NCBI RefSeq assembly: GCF_001194135.2 | Contig: NC_068987.1 | Coordinates: forward strand, 19,746,857-19,810,856 | DNA length: 64,000 bases | From: Octopus bimaculoides | Lineage: Eukaryota | Reading direction: 5' to 3' | In this document: positions 25,917-38,789 of the stretch, piece after piece | Position numbering within the stretch: position 1 is the first letter of the stretch | Layout of the letters: each line of letters starts with the position of its first letter | Made by a program: the position numbers and the translations under genes | Notes under the pieces: generated by a model | The model's input: the letters and a program-made list of their open reading frames with translations, nothing else | Database searches by the model: none | What the model was told of the DNA's origin: nothing

Positions 25917-26338
25917 GAGGTATATAAACATACATGTATATCTATACAGAGGTATATAAACATCCACACACACACACACAGGTATATAAACATACATGTA
26001 TATCCACACACACACAGGTATATAAACATACGTGTATATCTATACATACACACAGGTATATAAACATACATGTATATCCACACACACAGGTATATAAACA
26101 TAGATGTATATCTACACATACACACACAGGTATATAAACATACATGTATATCCACACATACACAGAGGTATATAAATATACATGTATATCCACACACACA
26201 CACACACAGGTATATAAACATACATGTATATCCACACACACACACACACACACACACAGGTATATAAACATCCATGTATATACGCACACACACACAGAGG
26301 TATATAAACATACATGTATATTTACACATACACACACA
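25917..26338. repeat. Minisatellite, 11 units of aggtatataaacatacatgtatatc plus variable (CA)n
   Basis: Direct count of aggtatataaa anchors; unit length about 30-50 bp. Confidence 0.9.
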
Positions 26339-26445
26339 TGGAAAAATAAATCCTTTTACAGTGTGAATGATGAAATTACTTTTGAATCATTTGCTTTGCA
26401 ATGAGAGAGAGAGAGAGAGAGAGAGAAATAGAGAGAAAAGAGAGG

Positions 26446-26493
<48 letters not shown>

Positions 26494-26924
26494 GAGAGAA
26501 AAGAGAGGAAGAGAGAGAGAGAGAAAAAAAGAGAGAGAGAGTAAGAATTTCTTCTTTAGTCTTTAATTTATTTCTTAAGAGAATTAACATCCAACTGTTC
26601 TCGTTAGCGTGTCAAAATAATTACATTTTTAATGACATTACAGAATTATTCTTCTTTCCTGTCATCACTGTGGTGGTGGTGGTGGTGGTGATTGTTGTTG
26701 CTGGTGTTGTTTTAGCCTCTGTTCAGTTCTTATTGAAGAGCAGACTTGATGAAAAATGTTCCAGCCAGGATTATCCAGCTTTTGTTTGTTTATCTTTGCA
26801 TGACATTATCTAAGATACCCTTAATTTTTGAAGATAAAGGCGTCACTTAATTGAAACCGAGCTGCTGTTTCTAGAAAATTGATGGCTCACAAATGGCTGA
26901 TTCATGCCCTTACAAGATATATTT

Positions 26925-27148
26925 TATCTTTTATCTATAACTTGTTTCAGTCATTGGATTGTGGCCATGCTGGGGTACTGCCTTGAAGAATTTTAAATGG
27001 ACGAATCGACCCCAGTACTTAGGTTTTTTTTTTTATTTATTTCCTTAAGCCTGGTACTTTTCCTGTTGGTCTCTTTTGCCGAACCACTAAGTCATGGGGA
27101 TGTTGACACACCGGTTGTTAAGCAGTGGTGGGAGACAAATACAGACAC
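26925..27148 (-). mobile_element. SINE family A 3' half, interrupted by a family B insertion
   Basis: Family-A motifs; continues after 27394. Confidence 0.8.
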
Positions 27149-27380
27149 GGCGGCGAGCTGGCAGAAATGTTAGCACGCCAGGCGAAATGCTTAGCGGTAT
27201 TTCGTCTGCTGCTACGTTCTGAGTTCAAATTCCGCCAAGGTTGACTTTACCTTTCATCCTTTCGGGGGTCGATTAAATAAGTACCAGTTATGCACTGGGG
27301 TCGATATAATCGACTTAATCCCTTTGTCTGTCCTTGTTTGTCCCCTCTATGTTTAGCCCCTTGTGGGTAGTAAAGAAATA
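27149..27380 (+). mobile_element. SINE family B, young full-length, 14-bp TSD
   Basis: TSD acaaatacagacac at 27135-27148 and 27381-27394; head ggcggcgagctggcagaa, B-box gagttcaaattcc, central gcctttcatcctttcggggtcga-type motif. Confidence 0.95.
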
Positions 27381-27686
27381 ACAAATACAGACACAAAGAG
27401 ACACAGATTATATATATATCAAAAACCTTTGATTGAAGGTGTAATTAGTCAATAATGATCGAAGCCTAAATATCATCAATAACTTTGTCACCACTGCCAT
27501 TATCACTCATATCAGTTTAATTGTAAGAACCATCAACGTTATCACTAAACTGTATACTACCTCTACCATCATCAGCATCACTGTCTTAATCATATTGTCA
27601 TCTCATAACCATCACCAGTGAACTTGGTAGACAGAAACTGAAAGAAGTCCATTGTGTGTGTGTGTGTGTGTGTGTGTATACACACA

Positions 27687-28393
27687 CAGGGGTTGAACAA
27701 AATAATGGAAACACCTAGCATCATAATTTTGAAATATCTATAAAACTGTCAAAAGCTTGTTCATTTTTATGTTTTTTGATTTATTATTAGTGTTGCTTAA
27801 TTTGTTTTGCTAAAATTGCTGCTTCTTTTCGGATATCATCAGAAAAAGGTAATTAAAATTCATTAAAATGACAGATCTATCGGACTTTCAAAAAGGTCAA
27901 ATTGTTGGTACTTGTACGGCAGGCACTAGTGTAATGAAAACAGTCAAAATGTTTGGTGTCTCGAAAGTAATGACAGCCTTTGAGAAAGAGGGAAAAACCT
28001 CCTTGTCGAAACAAAACTCCAGAAGAAATCCAAAACTTTCAGATAGGGACCCTCAGACTCTTACATGAATTGTTAGAAAGGATCACAAAAGTACAGCTCC
28101 CAAAATTACTGCAGAGCTTAATGACCACCTCGAGAACCTAGTTTCCACAAAAACTATTTGCTAGGAGCTGCACAAAGCCGGATTTCATGGGAGGGCTGCA
28201 ATCAGAAAACCACTTCTTTCAAAAACAAACGTTGCAAAGCGTTTAGAGTGGAGTAAAATCCTACAGAATTGGTCCCCAGAGCAGTAGAAGAATGTTATTT
28301 TTTCGGACGAGTCATCCATTACCTTATTTCCGATCACCGGCCGAGTATACATGTGGAGACAGCCAAAAGAAGCATTTGACACAGACTGCCTGA
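27687..28393 (+). mobile_element. Tc1-like transposon 5' remnant with decayed transposase
   Basis: TIR-like caggggttgaacaaaataatggaaacacc; MTDLSDFQKGQIVG...ELHKAGFHGRAAIRKPLLSKTNVAKRLEW...NVIFSDES (first catalytic D) with in-frame stops. Confidence 0.9.
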
Positions 28394-28426
28394 AAAATGA
28401 GCAATTTCTATTTATTATTCATAGAG

Positions 28427-28623
28427 CACTGGTCCTCAACCTTTTTAATATCCAGCCTGAATTCAAAACAGTGATTTTTTTGCTTTTTAGGGGCCACACT
28501 AAAGTAAAAGGAAAATCAGTTAAAGAAAAAATTATTATATTTATAGTGAAGAGACTGTTGAGGGCCACCAGAAGGATGCTTGAGGGCTGCATGGGACCTG
28601 TGAGCAGTGGTTTAGAAGCACTG
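28427..28623. mobile_element. hAT MITE
   Basis: TIRs cactggtcctcaacc / ggtttagaagcactg; 8-bp TSD tcatagag / tcacagag. Confidence 0.8.
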
Positions 28624-28845
28624 TCACAGAGGAGTGGAGTGGTGATATGGAAAATAAATCTTCACTTAGTAATTAGCAAACAAAGCAGCTCCTGTTTATA
28701 AAATAATTTTAATCTGCTAGAGTAATTAATACTAATCATTAGAATGGTCATAACATAATATAGTGACCAAAATAATCTTCACCAATGACAACTGACATTA
28801 CTTACCTTATCCTCTCACTCAACTTCTATCTGATGAGTCAGTGAG

Positions 28846-29056
28846 GGAACCTCTGCATGGTTATTCAACTTGCTAGAAATAGGCACTAAATCAGTCTTAA
28901 ACCATACCCAGCTATCTTAAAAAAAGGGAAGGAGACATTGAATTCAAACTAGTGTTGTCCTGGATATAATGTTCCTTAAAGTTAAGATGATCACAGCCTG
29001 AACATCCTTTCTTAAAGACAAAGCTCAATCAGAGCTGACCTGGGTCTATAACAAAA
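28846..29056 (+). mobile_element. Old dispersed repeat family D (caa-tailed, SINE-like)
   Basis: gctagaaataggcactaaatc...ggatataatg...gctcaatcagagctgacctggg; related copies near 16230, 24550, 29285, 36230-37050, 42050, 54460 and 62280. Confidence 0.7.
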
Positions 29057-29100
29057 CTCATGTCTGGTGAGATACTTATTTGAAAGAAAAGAAACTGATG

Positions 29101-29140
<40 letters not shown>

Positions 29141-29240
29141 NNNNNNNNNNNNNNNNNNNNNNNNNNNNNNNNNNNNNNNNNNNNNNNNNNNNNNNNNNNN
29201 NNNNNNNNNNNNGAGAGAGAGGGAGAGAGAGAGAGGGAGG

Positions 29241-29276
<36 letters not shown>

Positions 29277-30039
29277 AAGAGAGAGAGATTTGGCTGCTAT
29301 TTCTGGCAGGTTGAGCAACCAGATACAGGCTTGTTCACTGGCTCTAAATGTTCTTGTCTAGGGTTCTTTAGCAGGCTCCCTTAACTGAAGGACTCTTCCC
29401 AACCAGTGCTGGAAAAAAGCTATGCATCCCTTCATGATTTTTCACTTCTCCTTAGTTATTGTCTGTTATCAGTAAAACACTAATAAAAGGCTCAAGTGCA
29501 GATACCTAATTATCTATCTGCATTATCATTAAAAATACATATATTTTCTAAATTTTTATTCATGCTAATTGCTATATTGAGATTTTACATCATTCCTAAT
29601 AAGAAAAATTCTGTGTGTTAGAAATAGCAGCCAAATCTCCCTAAAATTACATCCCATTGCCTTCAAAACAAGGGGACATTTAGATAATATAATCTCACAT
29701 ACTTACTAAGGGTGGTAGACTTCATCAGTTGCCCAGTTCATCACCACCACCTTGCCTCAAGTGCCTTTAGCAGAATCCACTGTTATATTGCTGTATTTAA
29801 GGATCTAGAGGTTATTGATGCTCCTGTGTATAGCATTTGTGTAGACACAGCTTGGCTAAATGGTTAAGATGTTAGTTTTGCAACCATGAGGTTCCAGGTT
29901 TGATCTGACTGCATGGCTGCTTGGGCAAATATTTTCTATTGCCTCGGGTCAACCCACACCTTGTGAAACTGGGCCAGGTCTCAAGGTTGCAGATATTTTC
30001 CTTCTTCCATTCCTCCTGCCACTCTTGGAGGCCTTGTAA

Positions 30040-31080
30040 ATAGCCATGAGCACTGTACTTTTCTATTGACAAAAGGATAACAAAACGTGGTGAATCAGAG
30101 GAGTTGTTTAGAGTGTCCAACAGAATGGCAACAATATTTATTCTGGCTGCCTGCACTAAGTTCAATTCCAACTGAGATCATTCTCAGTGATGAGGCCTAA
30201 TATCTGTAGTAACCTCAAGGCTTCCTTCTAGTAGTAAGGTCTTTATGTTTGGGGAAGAAGGGACTGTGATTGGGTCTTGATGGTGTTCACGGAAACAAAA
30301 TTAGTATGACCCAATCAAAAGAGGTTTTCAAGGTCTCTATACATAAAGTCAGAGCAGGTTTGATGTGAAATGTCTTGGCTGCATAGAGATGATGCTTGGA
30401 TGCCAAACAAATAAGGGAGGAATGAAGGATGGCTGTCATCTGTGTATGAGTGAGTGTTGTTGAAGGTGATGGCAAATAAGTCATTGATGCATGAGGTAAA
30501 GTATCATGGGATAAAATCAAAGCCTGGTACTCATGAGTTGACAGAGAATGTGGAGGAAGCATTGATACAAAAAATTAGGAAGGAATAAAGGATGGTATCA
30601 GCTGTGTAAGAGTGAGCAATGTTGGTGAAGCGAAGTCAGACAATAAGTGGAATTGTGTGGAGAATGAAAACAAACTCTGGAGTAACCAAAGTTGATTGAA
30701 TGGGAATTAAAAAGAGAGTGACACCACCATATTCCACAATAGTATGACCTGAGAGGAAAGTACCAATTCAAATAACAAGAGATATACAGAGCCCACAGGT
30801 AGGTAGTTTGCCAGATTTGCATGCCAAGCAAATGTTTGGCTGATGTTGAGTGCAACAATATGATTGGCACAAAATTTCTTGAAGGTGACAGTGCACAAGT
30901 GAGTGATGTAAGAAGGTAAGATCCCAGTATATCTGGCTTTATAAAAACCAAACTGATTTTATTATTAAGGAAAATAGATTCAAAGAAATATGTTAATAGC
31001 TGTCTTTATCTTTGAGATGTAGGAAGTAACTGTGATAGCATGATAGTTGGCAGGGTTCAAAAGGCTGTCCTTCTTGAGAA
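30040..31080 (-). pseudogene. Decayed non-LTR retrotransposon (LINE) reverse transcriptase fragment
   Basis: Minus strand VALNISQTFAWH (cf. ALDISKAFDRVWH), NS*VPG (cf. SGVPQGS), FTSCINDLFAITFNNTHSYTDDS (YADD box at 30435-30446); many stops and frameshifts. Confidence 0.85.
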
Positions 31081-31099
31081 TGGGACATACTGTAGCATG

Positions 31100-31280
31100 C
31101 CTCCAAAATTCAGGATTTGCCTAGATTACAGAAGTTTCATGGTGTATAAATTCCCCACCTGGATGGGTTGCTGGTCTGTTGCAGGAGTAATCACCTTTGC
31201 CAGCTGAGTGGACTGGAGCAACATGAAATGAAGTGTTTTGCTCAAGAACACAACATGTTGCCCAGTCCAGGAACAAAAAG
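31100..31280 (-). mobile_element. Decayed SINE (gtgttcttgagcaaaacactt-type body)
   Basis: gccagctgagtggactggagcaacatgaaatgaagtgttttgctcaagaacacaac. Confidence 0.65.
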
Positions 31281-32071
31281 CATATGCTATTAAGGGTATA
31301 ATTAGCATAAAACTGGTTAGCTTGTAGTGTTTTAAAAGGTGACACTGCTCCACATTGAATTCATCACAGCATGCTACTGTCTGATATGGTCAATGGATGA
31401 GTAGGAATATGGTTTAACTAAGCCAAGAGACCTGTGGGTCATACATAAGTATTCGGCTGTGCATGCCATATGTCAGCTCAATCAGAAATTAACTGTAGCA
31501 ACATAACAATGAAAATAGGCTCTGCCAACAAGATTCCTCAGCATTCACAACAGCAGTAATAATCATGAAGAAGAAGCAGGAGGATTAACGAGCAATAAAC
31601 TGATAATTAATAATCAACTAATTAAACACGAACAGAAAAAACATTAGTTAAGGTGAAGATAATATATGTAATAATGAAAACAACAGGTTTGTGCAGGCAC
31701 GTGTGTGTGTGTGTATGTAAGCGTGTGTATGTGAGTAACTACTGCAAGTTGGTGCCTGTAATTTCTCAGTAGAATCAAACAACTTAATTAGTGATTTCCC
31801 AGTCCAACAAGAAATAAATTAAACAATTACTTAGGTCTCTACTATGCAGAAGTAATGGTAGTAGTCAGTAAATCTAATTCATAACAAACTCATTCATGTT
31901 GTGATAAATTAACTTATTTTCTAATCAGTGTCCAACAGACTCTTCAGATATAACATTGATTTTTTCAGAACTTTTGGTTCAAAAACCTTTCTGAATCACT
32001 GATTTTTATGAGCCAGAAGTGGTCACACCTCTAAACTAAAGACATTAAATATTACTTAAATAAATAAATGG

Positions 32072-32234
32072 GGCAGGCATGGCTGAGTGGTAAGAAGCTT
32101 GCTTCTCAACCACATGGCTCCAGGTTCAGTCCTACTGCATGGCACCCTATGTAAGTGTCTTTGGCCTTGGGCTGACCAAAGCTTTGTGAGTGGATTTGGT
32201 AGATGGAAACGGAAAGAAGCCCATTGTGTGTGTA

Positions 32235-32286
<52 letters not shown>

Positions 32287-32307
32287 TATATATATATATA
32301 TACACAC

Positions 32308-32340
<33 letters not shown>

Positions 32341-32849
32341 TATATATATATATATACACACATATATATATATATATACACACACATATATATATATATA
32401 TACACACATATATATATATANNNNNNNNNNNNNNNNNNNNNNNNNNNNNNNNNNNNNNNNNNNNNNNNNNNNNNNNNNNNNNNNNNNNNNNNNNNNNNNN
32501 NNNNNNNNNNNNNNNNNNNNNNNNNNNNNNNNNNNNNNNNNNNNNNNNNNNNNNNNNNNNNNNNNNNNNNNNNNNNNNNNNNNNNNNNNNNNNNNNNNNN
32601 NNNNNNNNNNNNNNNNNNNNNNNNNNNNNNNNNNNNNNNNNNNNNNNNNNNNNNNNNNNNNNNNNNNNNNNNNNNNNNNNNNNNNNNNNNNNNNNNNNNN
32701 NNNNNNNNNNNNNNNNNNNNNNNNNNNNNNNNNNNNNNNNNNNNNNNNNNNNNNNNNNNNNNNNNNNNATATATATACACACATATATATATATATATAC
32801 ACACATATATATATATATATACACACATATATATATATATATATACACA

Positions 32850-32931
<82 letters not shown>

Positions 32932-33152
32932 TTTGTGTGTTTTTGTGTCTGTGCTTTCCCCACCACCACCACTTGACAACCGATGTTAGTTTGTTTACAT
33001 CCCCATAACTTAGCAGTTCAGCAAAAGAGACTGATAGAATAAGTACTAGGCTTACAAAGAAGTCCTGGGGTATTTTGCTTTGACTAAAAACCTTTTTAAG
33101 GCAGTGCTCCAGCATGGCTATAATCAAAATGACTGAAACAGGTAAAAGAATA
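32072..33152 (+). mobile_element. SINE family A with massively expanded internal (TA/CA) tract
   Basis: Head 32072-32225, microsatellite plus gap to about 32930, 3' half to 33152. Confidence 0.85.
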
Positions 33153-34134
33153 AATACATGTACCTGTACATTAGTATAACTAATACAAGTTTATTTTGTA
33201 ATGTACTGTACAAGGTATCAGAAGACTAGTCTAGCGACCATGTGAATCTGCTCATAAATTGGTGTGGATATTAAGAGGTTCTGGACCATCAGTGTAACAG
33301 AAAGCTGGTGTTGTATATTTATACTTTCTTTCATATTGTTATTGTTTAACCTCAGAATTTGAACTCGCAACATAAAATTGGACGAAATGCCACCAAGCAT
33401 TTTGTCAGGTATGCTAACAATTCTGCTGGCTCACCATCTCAAACCAAGCTATAAATATTAGCTCATAATACATACTGAGCAAAACACACCCCCTTAAATG
33501 GAAAAAAAAATTAGATCCACTGCTTTTCTATTTGAAGTATATTTAGCCAACATATGAGCTAATATCTATATCTTTACTTGTACTTGAGCAGCTCTTTCTG
33601 ATACGTAATTTTAATTTTCAAAGCTTCAAATGAACCGAAACAAATTTTATACACACACACACACACACAAGTACAGCTTCCCAACCATGTGGCTTTGATT
33701 TCAACCTGAGTGAATCTGGTGGACAAAAATTGAAAGAACAGTTGGGGGGGGGGTGCACACATGCATGCATGTGAGATGGCATTATTGTTTCTCATATCAA
33801 AAATATCATGCAGGCACTTAGTGCCTTCAAAGTCATGAGGAAATAAGTGATCCTTTAAGAGTAATCAAGAGGAGTATCAGTCTGTAAAACAAAGCCTCAG
33901 ATTACATTAATCCAAGCACGCAAGGAAAAACAAACAAAAAAGAAAAAAAATGAATGAAGTATGTATGTTTAGTAGAAAGTGGGTTATACATCTTTAGATT
34001 GTATACCTGACTTTCTACTATAAAATTGAAGAAATTGACGGAACGCTGAACTCCAGACTAAACAACTTAAACAACATTTATTTACTTGGTAAAACATATA
34101 TATCTTTAGTTATACATCTTTAGAGGTGAGAATA

Positions 34135-34275
34135 ACTAGCTGTCGAGTATAAGACCGAAAGATGTAGAGACAGCTTTAAACACACGTCCATGCTCAATCG
34201 CTGGCCAGCGTGAAAGAGAATGAATTGAGCGGGAAACGCTTGCTTTATTAATTCTACGCATGCGCAGGCGTTACT
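34135..34275. promoter_or_regulatory. CpG-rich patch with NRF1-like motif (candidate promoter)
   Basis: About 10 CpG in about 135 bp; acgcatgcgca at 34256-34266 (NRF1 consensus YGCGCAYGCGCR). Confidence 0.3.
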
Positions 34276-34865
34276 ACATATGTATGTATGTATGTATGTA
34301 TAAAACGCATTGAAATATTTGAATCCTCTCGCTATGATTCCAACAGCAGGCAGTAAAAAAAGAGCAGGCTTGAAAGTGTTACTGCCAGATAATCCAAAGA
34401 GCCAGTCTTCAGTGATGCATTAGTGCTAAGAATAACGAATGGAACTATTGTAACCATCTGAAGATGTGCTGTAACCACCCAAAACATTAAGTTCTGCTCA
34501 CCCATAACTAATCATAGGATGACGAGATAATCCAACCTCTGTACAACTGTCTGATCTGTTAGACATGGCAGCCAAATTTTCTGAAATGAAACCTTACTGC
34601 CTCAAAAAAAGAAGAAAAAAAAGGGCCACATTGGGATTGAATGTCCATGGCTGAAATATCGGACTTCCATCAACAATCACTACGGTGGAGATGGAGTATA
34701 TGTAATCTGGGTATACCCCCACTTTAAAATTTTTTTTTTTTTTTTTTACAGAATCCTATGTTTCAGACCATGGAGAATCCGATTCTGGAAAAAAATTTTC
34801 AAAAATCTCAATTTCAAAATTTCGATCCCCCCCACCCCCCAGTTTTTATATAGATCCACAGGGTA

Positions 34866-34910
34866 AACCTAACCCTAACTCAAACCCTAACCCTAACCCT
34901 GACCCTAACA
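34866..34910. repeat. Degenerate (CCCTAA)n telomere-like tract at gap edge
   Basis: aacctaaccctaactcaaaccctaaccctaaccctgaccctaaca. Confidence 0.8.
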
Positions 34911-35694
34911 CTAGNNNNNNNNNNNNNNNNNNNNNNNNNNNNNNNNNNNNNNNNNNNNNNNNNNNNNNNNNNNNNNNNNNNNNNNNNNNNNNNNNNNNNN
35001 NNNNNNNNNNNNNNNNNNNNNNNNNNNNNNNNNNNNNNNNNNNNNNNNNNNNNNNNNNNNNNNNNNNNNNNNNNNNNNNNNNNNNNNNNNNNNNNNNNNN
35101 NNNNNNNNNNNNNNNNNNNNNNNNNNNNNNNNNNNNNNNNNNNNNNNNNNNNNNNNNNNNNNNNNNNNNNNNNNNNNNNNNNNNNNNNNNNNNNNNNNNN
35201 NNNNNNNNNNNNNNNNNNNNNNNNNNNNNNNNNNNNNNNNNNNNNNNNNNNNNNNNNNNNNNNNNNNNNNNNNNNNNNNNNNNNNNNNNNNNNNNNNNNN
35301 NNNNNNNNNNNNNNNNNNNNNNNNNNNNNNNNNNNNNNNNNNNNNNNNNNNNNNNNNNNNNNNNNNNNNNNNNNNNNNNNNNNNNNNNNNNNNNNNNNNN
35401 NNNNNNNNNNNNNNNNNNNNNNNNNNNNNNNNNNNNNNNNNNNNNNNNNNNNNNNNNNNNNNNNNNNNNNNNNNNNNNNNNNNNNNNNNNNNNNNNNNNN
35501 NNNNNNNNNNNNNNNNNNNNNNNNNNNNNNNNNNNNNNNNNNNNNNNNNNNNNNNNNNNNNNNNNNNNNNNNNNNNNNNNNNNNNNNNNNNNNNNNNNNN
35601 NNNNNNNNNNNNNNNNNNNNNNNNNNNNNNNNNNNNNNNNNNNNNNNNNNNNNNNNNNNNNNNNNNNNNNNNNNNNNNNNNNNGAGAGAGAGAA

Positions 35695-35759
<65 letters not shown>

Positions 35760-36590
35760 ATAATCTAAATTATCTGATTTTATAAATTACAGTTTGTGTG
35801 TGAATATCTGCATGTACAAGTGCATGCATATATAGATATATGGAAGCACATACTAATGTAATCATACGTAGTGACACTCAAAGTTGACAAAATAGCCTAT
35901 CAAATATGAAAAGACAACAGAACATCGCCATTAACTCTAATTAAGCAGTAGTAGTAACAGCAGCAGCAGTCTATATGTGGTTACCATGGTGACTGGCAAC
36001 AACAATTGATTGATCTCTAAATACAAAATATTAAGACTAGCATTGATTTCCTCATCCCGCTCCTCTACATAACGTAACTGATCGTTACTCGTTACAGTGG
36101 GCAGACTTCTTTCTACGTAATACGATTGTTGCATCAGACAGTGCTGTCAGAAGCCCAGCTTGTATTGAGTGAATGAATACATGTTTGCAGATTGGTACAA
36201 GCCACGTAAGGGACCTTGAATAATGCTTGATCGACCCTGTTAGAAATAGCAACTTCAAATCTCCTTCAAATTACACGCTACCACATCTTTAAAAAGGAAG
36301 GAAAACACTGGATAATGTTGTAGTATATTGCCACTTAAGTGTGGCTAATGTTGTCCTCGATACACTATGATTAAATAAATAGGTGGACTGGTCACAGCTG
36401 AAATAAGGCTTTGGGAAGGTCACAAATGGAAGGGGACTTAAAAAAAGTTAAAAAACAACAATAAATAAATGAGTACTTGAATCAATGAGTTGAAATGTGT
36501 TGAGCAGACAACTTAGTAGAAATAGCAGCTGAATATCCTTCAAATTTGAAAAAGAAAGGCTACGTTAAATAATGTAGTCCTAGATATACT

Positions 36591-36977
36591 GTTGTTGTTG
36601 GCACTCCGTAGCTTACGACGTCGAGGGTTCCAGTTGATCCGATCAACGGAACAGCCTGCTCGTGAAATTAACATGCAAGTGGCTGAGCACTCCATAGACA
36701 TGTGTACTCTTAACGTAGTTCTCGGGGATATTCAGCGTGACACAGTGTGACAAGGCTGACCCTTTGAATTACAGGCACAACAGAAACAGGAAGTAAGAGT
36801 GAGAGAAAGTTGTGGTGAAAGAGTACAGCAGGGTTCGCCACCATCCCCTGCCGGAGCCTCATGGAGCTTTAGGTGTTTTCGCTCAATAAACACTCACAAC
36901 ATCCGGTCTGGGAATCGAAACCGCGTTCCTATGACCGCGACTCCGCTGCCCTAACCGCTGGGCCATTGCGCCTCCAC
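36591..36977 (-). mobile_element. SINE family C, full-length, (caa)n tail, 12-bp TSD
   Basis: TSD cctagatatact at 36579-36590 and 36978-36989; sense head tggaggcgcaatggcccagcgg (A-box) ... gtttcgattccc (B-box); inserted in a family D copy. Confidence 0.95.
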
Positions 36978-38096
36978 CCTAGATATACTATGGCTGAATA
37001 AATAAACAGAGGTCACAGATGGAATGACTGCTCTGTGGTTAAACAACAACTGAATATTGAAGGAAGCCTCCACATACTTATTGAACCATGCTAAAAATAA
37101 ATCAAATTTCCCTCAAATCTCACACCCTTCAAATACACACACTAGTGTGTATTTGATCATAGGGCTTTTTGAATAGAGCTGACCTGGGCGTAAATAACAA
37201 GATGGACAAGACAGAGTTTGAACTAGCAATAAAAAGTAGAAAGACTTTGGTAGACGTTTGTTCCCAGAGGCTTTATATAGTAAACAAGTGACTTTATCAT
37301 ATCTTGTATGAAGAGTATAATTACTTTATCAGGCTATGAGATTAATAAACAAAATAAATAATAAATGTAGAAATAATGTGTGAACAGGGTCATAAGTGAC
37401 TCAATGAAGGGCAGGCAACATCAAAGGTCTGTATTTGAACACTAGACAGATAAAAGATTGGGGCTCTTGTCAGCGTTTTTCATCAACAGAATTTAAGATA
37501 CAAATAAAGCTAACTCTAACACTCGCCTTCTCTTGCATTCATTCTGTTACATAACTTATTCTTCTGACATTGGCAGATGGCCTTAAACTCCTGAAGGCAT
37601 CCACACAGAGTCATGTGTATATATACACATACAAACATGTATATACACATGAATGCAAACACAAGCACTTGGACAGATACGTATGAATGCAGACAAGATG
37701 TGTGTATGCATACACAGATGAACAGATGAGCACCCATGCAAACAAACATGTATAAACACACGCATACACAATTATGCATTATGCAAACGCATACTGGTGT
37801 AAACATACACTAAAATCAAGATCAGAGAGCAAATTTACCTATCTATTTAGCCCTTCCCCCGAAAGATTTGATCAAACAGATAAGAGACTACTAAGATACG
37901 AAGGCAGTGAGTATATTAACAGATAAATATCTATGATATATATCTATTTATTGTCAGTTCAAACTGAAAGTGTTTCTGTGCAAGAGACAACATTACAGCA
38001 CTTAAAAGTATAAAGTCTAGATTAATTCAGAATATCACACTATGATGACGGACTTTATTAGTTAATGTAACATGCAAGGGTTTAAAAGTCCTTTGG

Positions 38097-38253
38097 TCCA
38101 GTTGTGGGTGTCTGGTTAAAAGTTTGCTTTGCAACCATGTGATTTTGGTTCAGCCCCACTGTACACCACCCTGGACAATGTCTTTTATAGCCCTGAGCCA
38201 ACAAATGCCTACTGAGTAAAGTTAGTGGATGGAAACTTTATAGGAACTGTGTG

Positions 38254-38285
<32 letters not shown>

Positions 38286-38490
38286 TGTGTGTGTGTGTAC
38301 AACAAGACTCATCACTTAACCAATGTGGGTTTGTGTGTCTGTAACTAAGCAGTTTGGCCAAAAAAAAAAGCTCAATAGAATAAGTACCGGACCTAAAACA
38401 TAAGTACTGGTATCAAATTGGTCAACTACACTCTTCAGGCAGTGCTCCAGCATGATAGCAGCCGATGATTGAAACAAATGAATAAAATGA
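38097..38490 (+). mobile_element. SINE family A, decayed
   Basis: Head, internal (TG)n, agtgctccagcatg 3' motif. Confidence 0.7.
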
Positions 38491-38789
38491 TAAAATACAA
38501 CCTTAAAGATATTTAAGTAATTGCTTAGCCCTAAGTCAGCTTTGAAAGAACAGAACTAAGATCAAAGGTGAGTGCCAGTCTTGACCATCCCAACTTATGT
38601 TCAATGCGCCCTAACTTTTTACAGGCAGTAAAGTGTGATTTCATTGATATTTCATGCAAGTTGAGCAACCACAGAAAGACACTTCCTTTTGTTCAATTCT
38701 ATTTTAGTTTAATCAATGGTATTATTATAAGGAAAAAATAAAATCTAACTTGTATCATCAGGATAATATTTCTATTGTAATAATGTTCA

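Noticed and set aside
28810-28880. Perfect minus-strand donor AG|GTAAGT with an upstream acceptor
   Set aside because: Lies in a family D repeat and has stops in all three frames; at most a non-coding exonisation.
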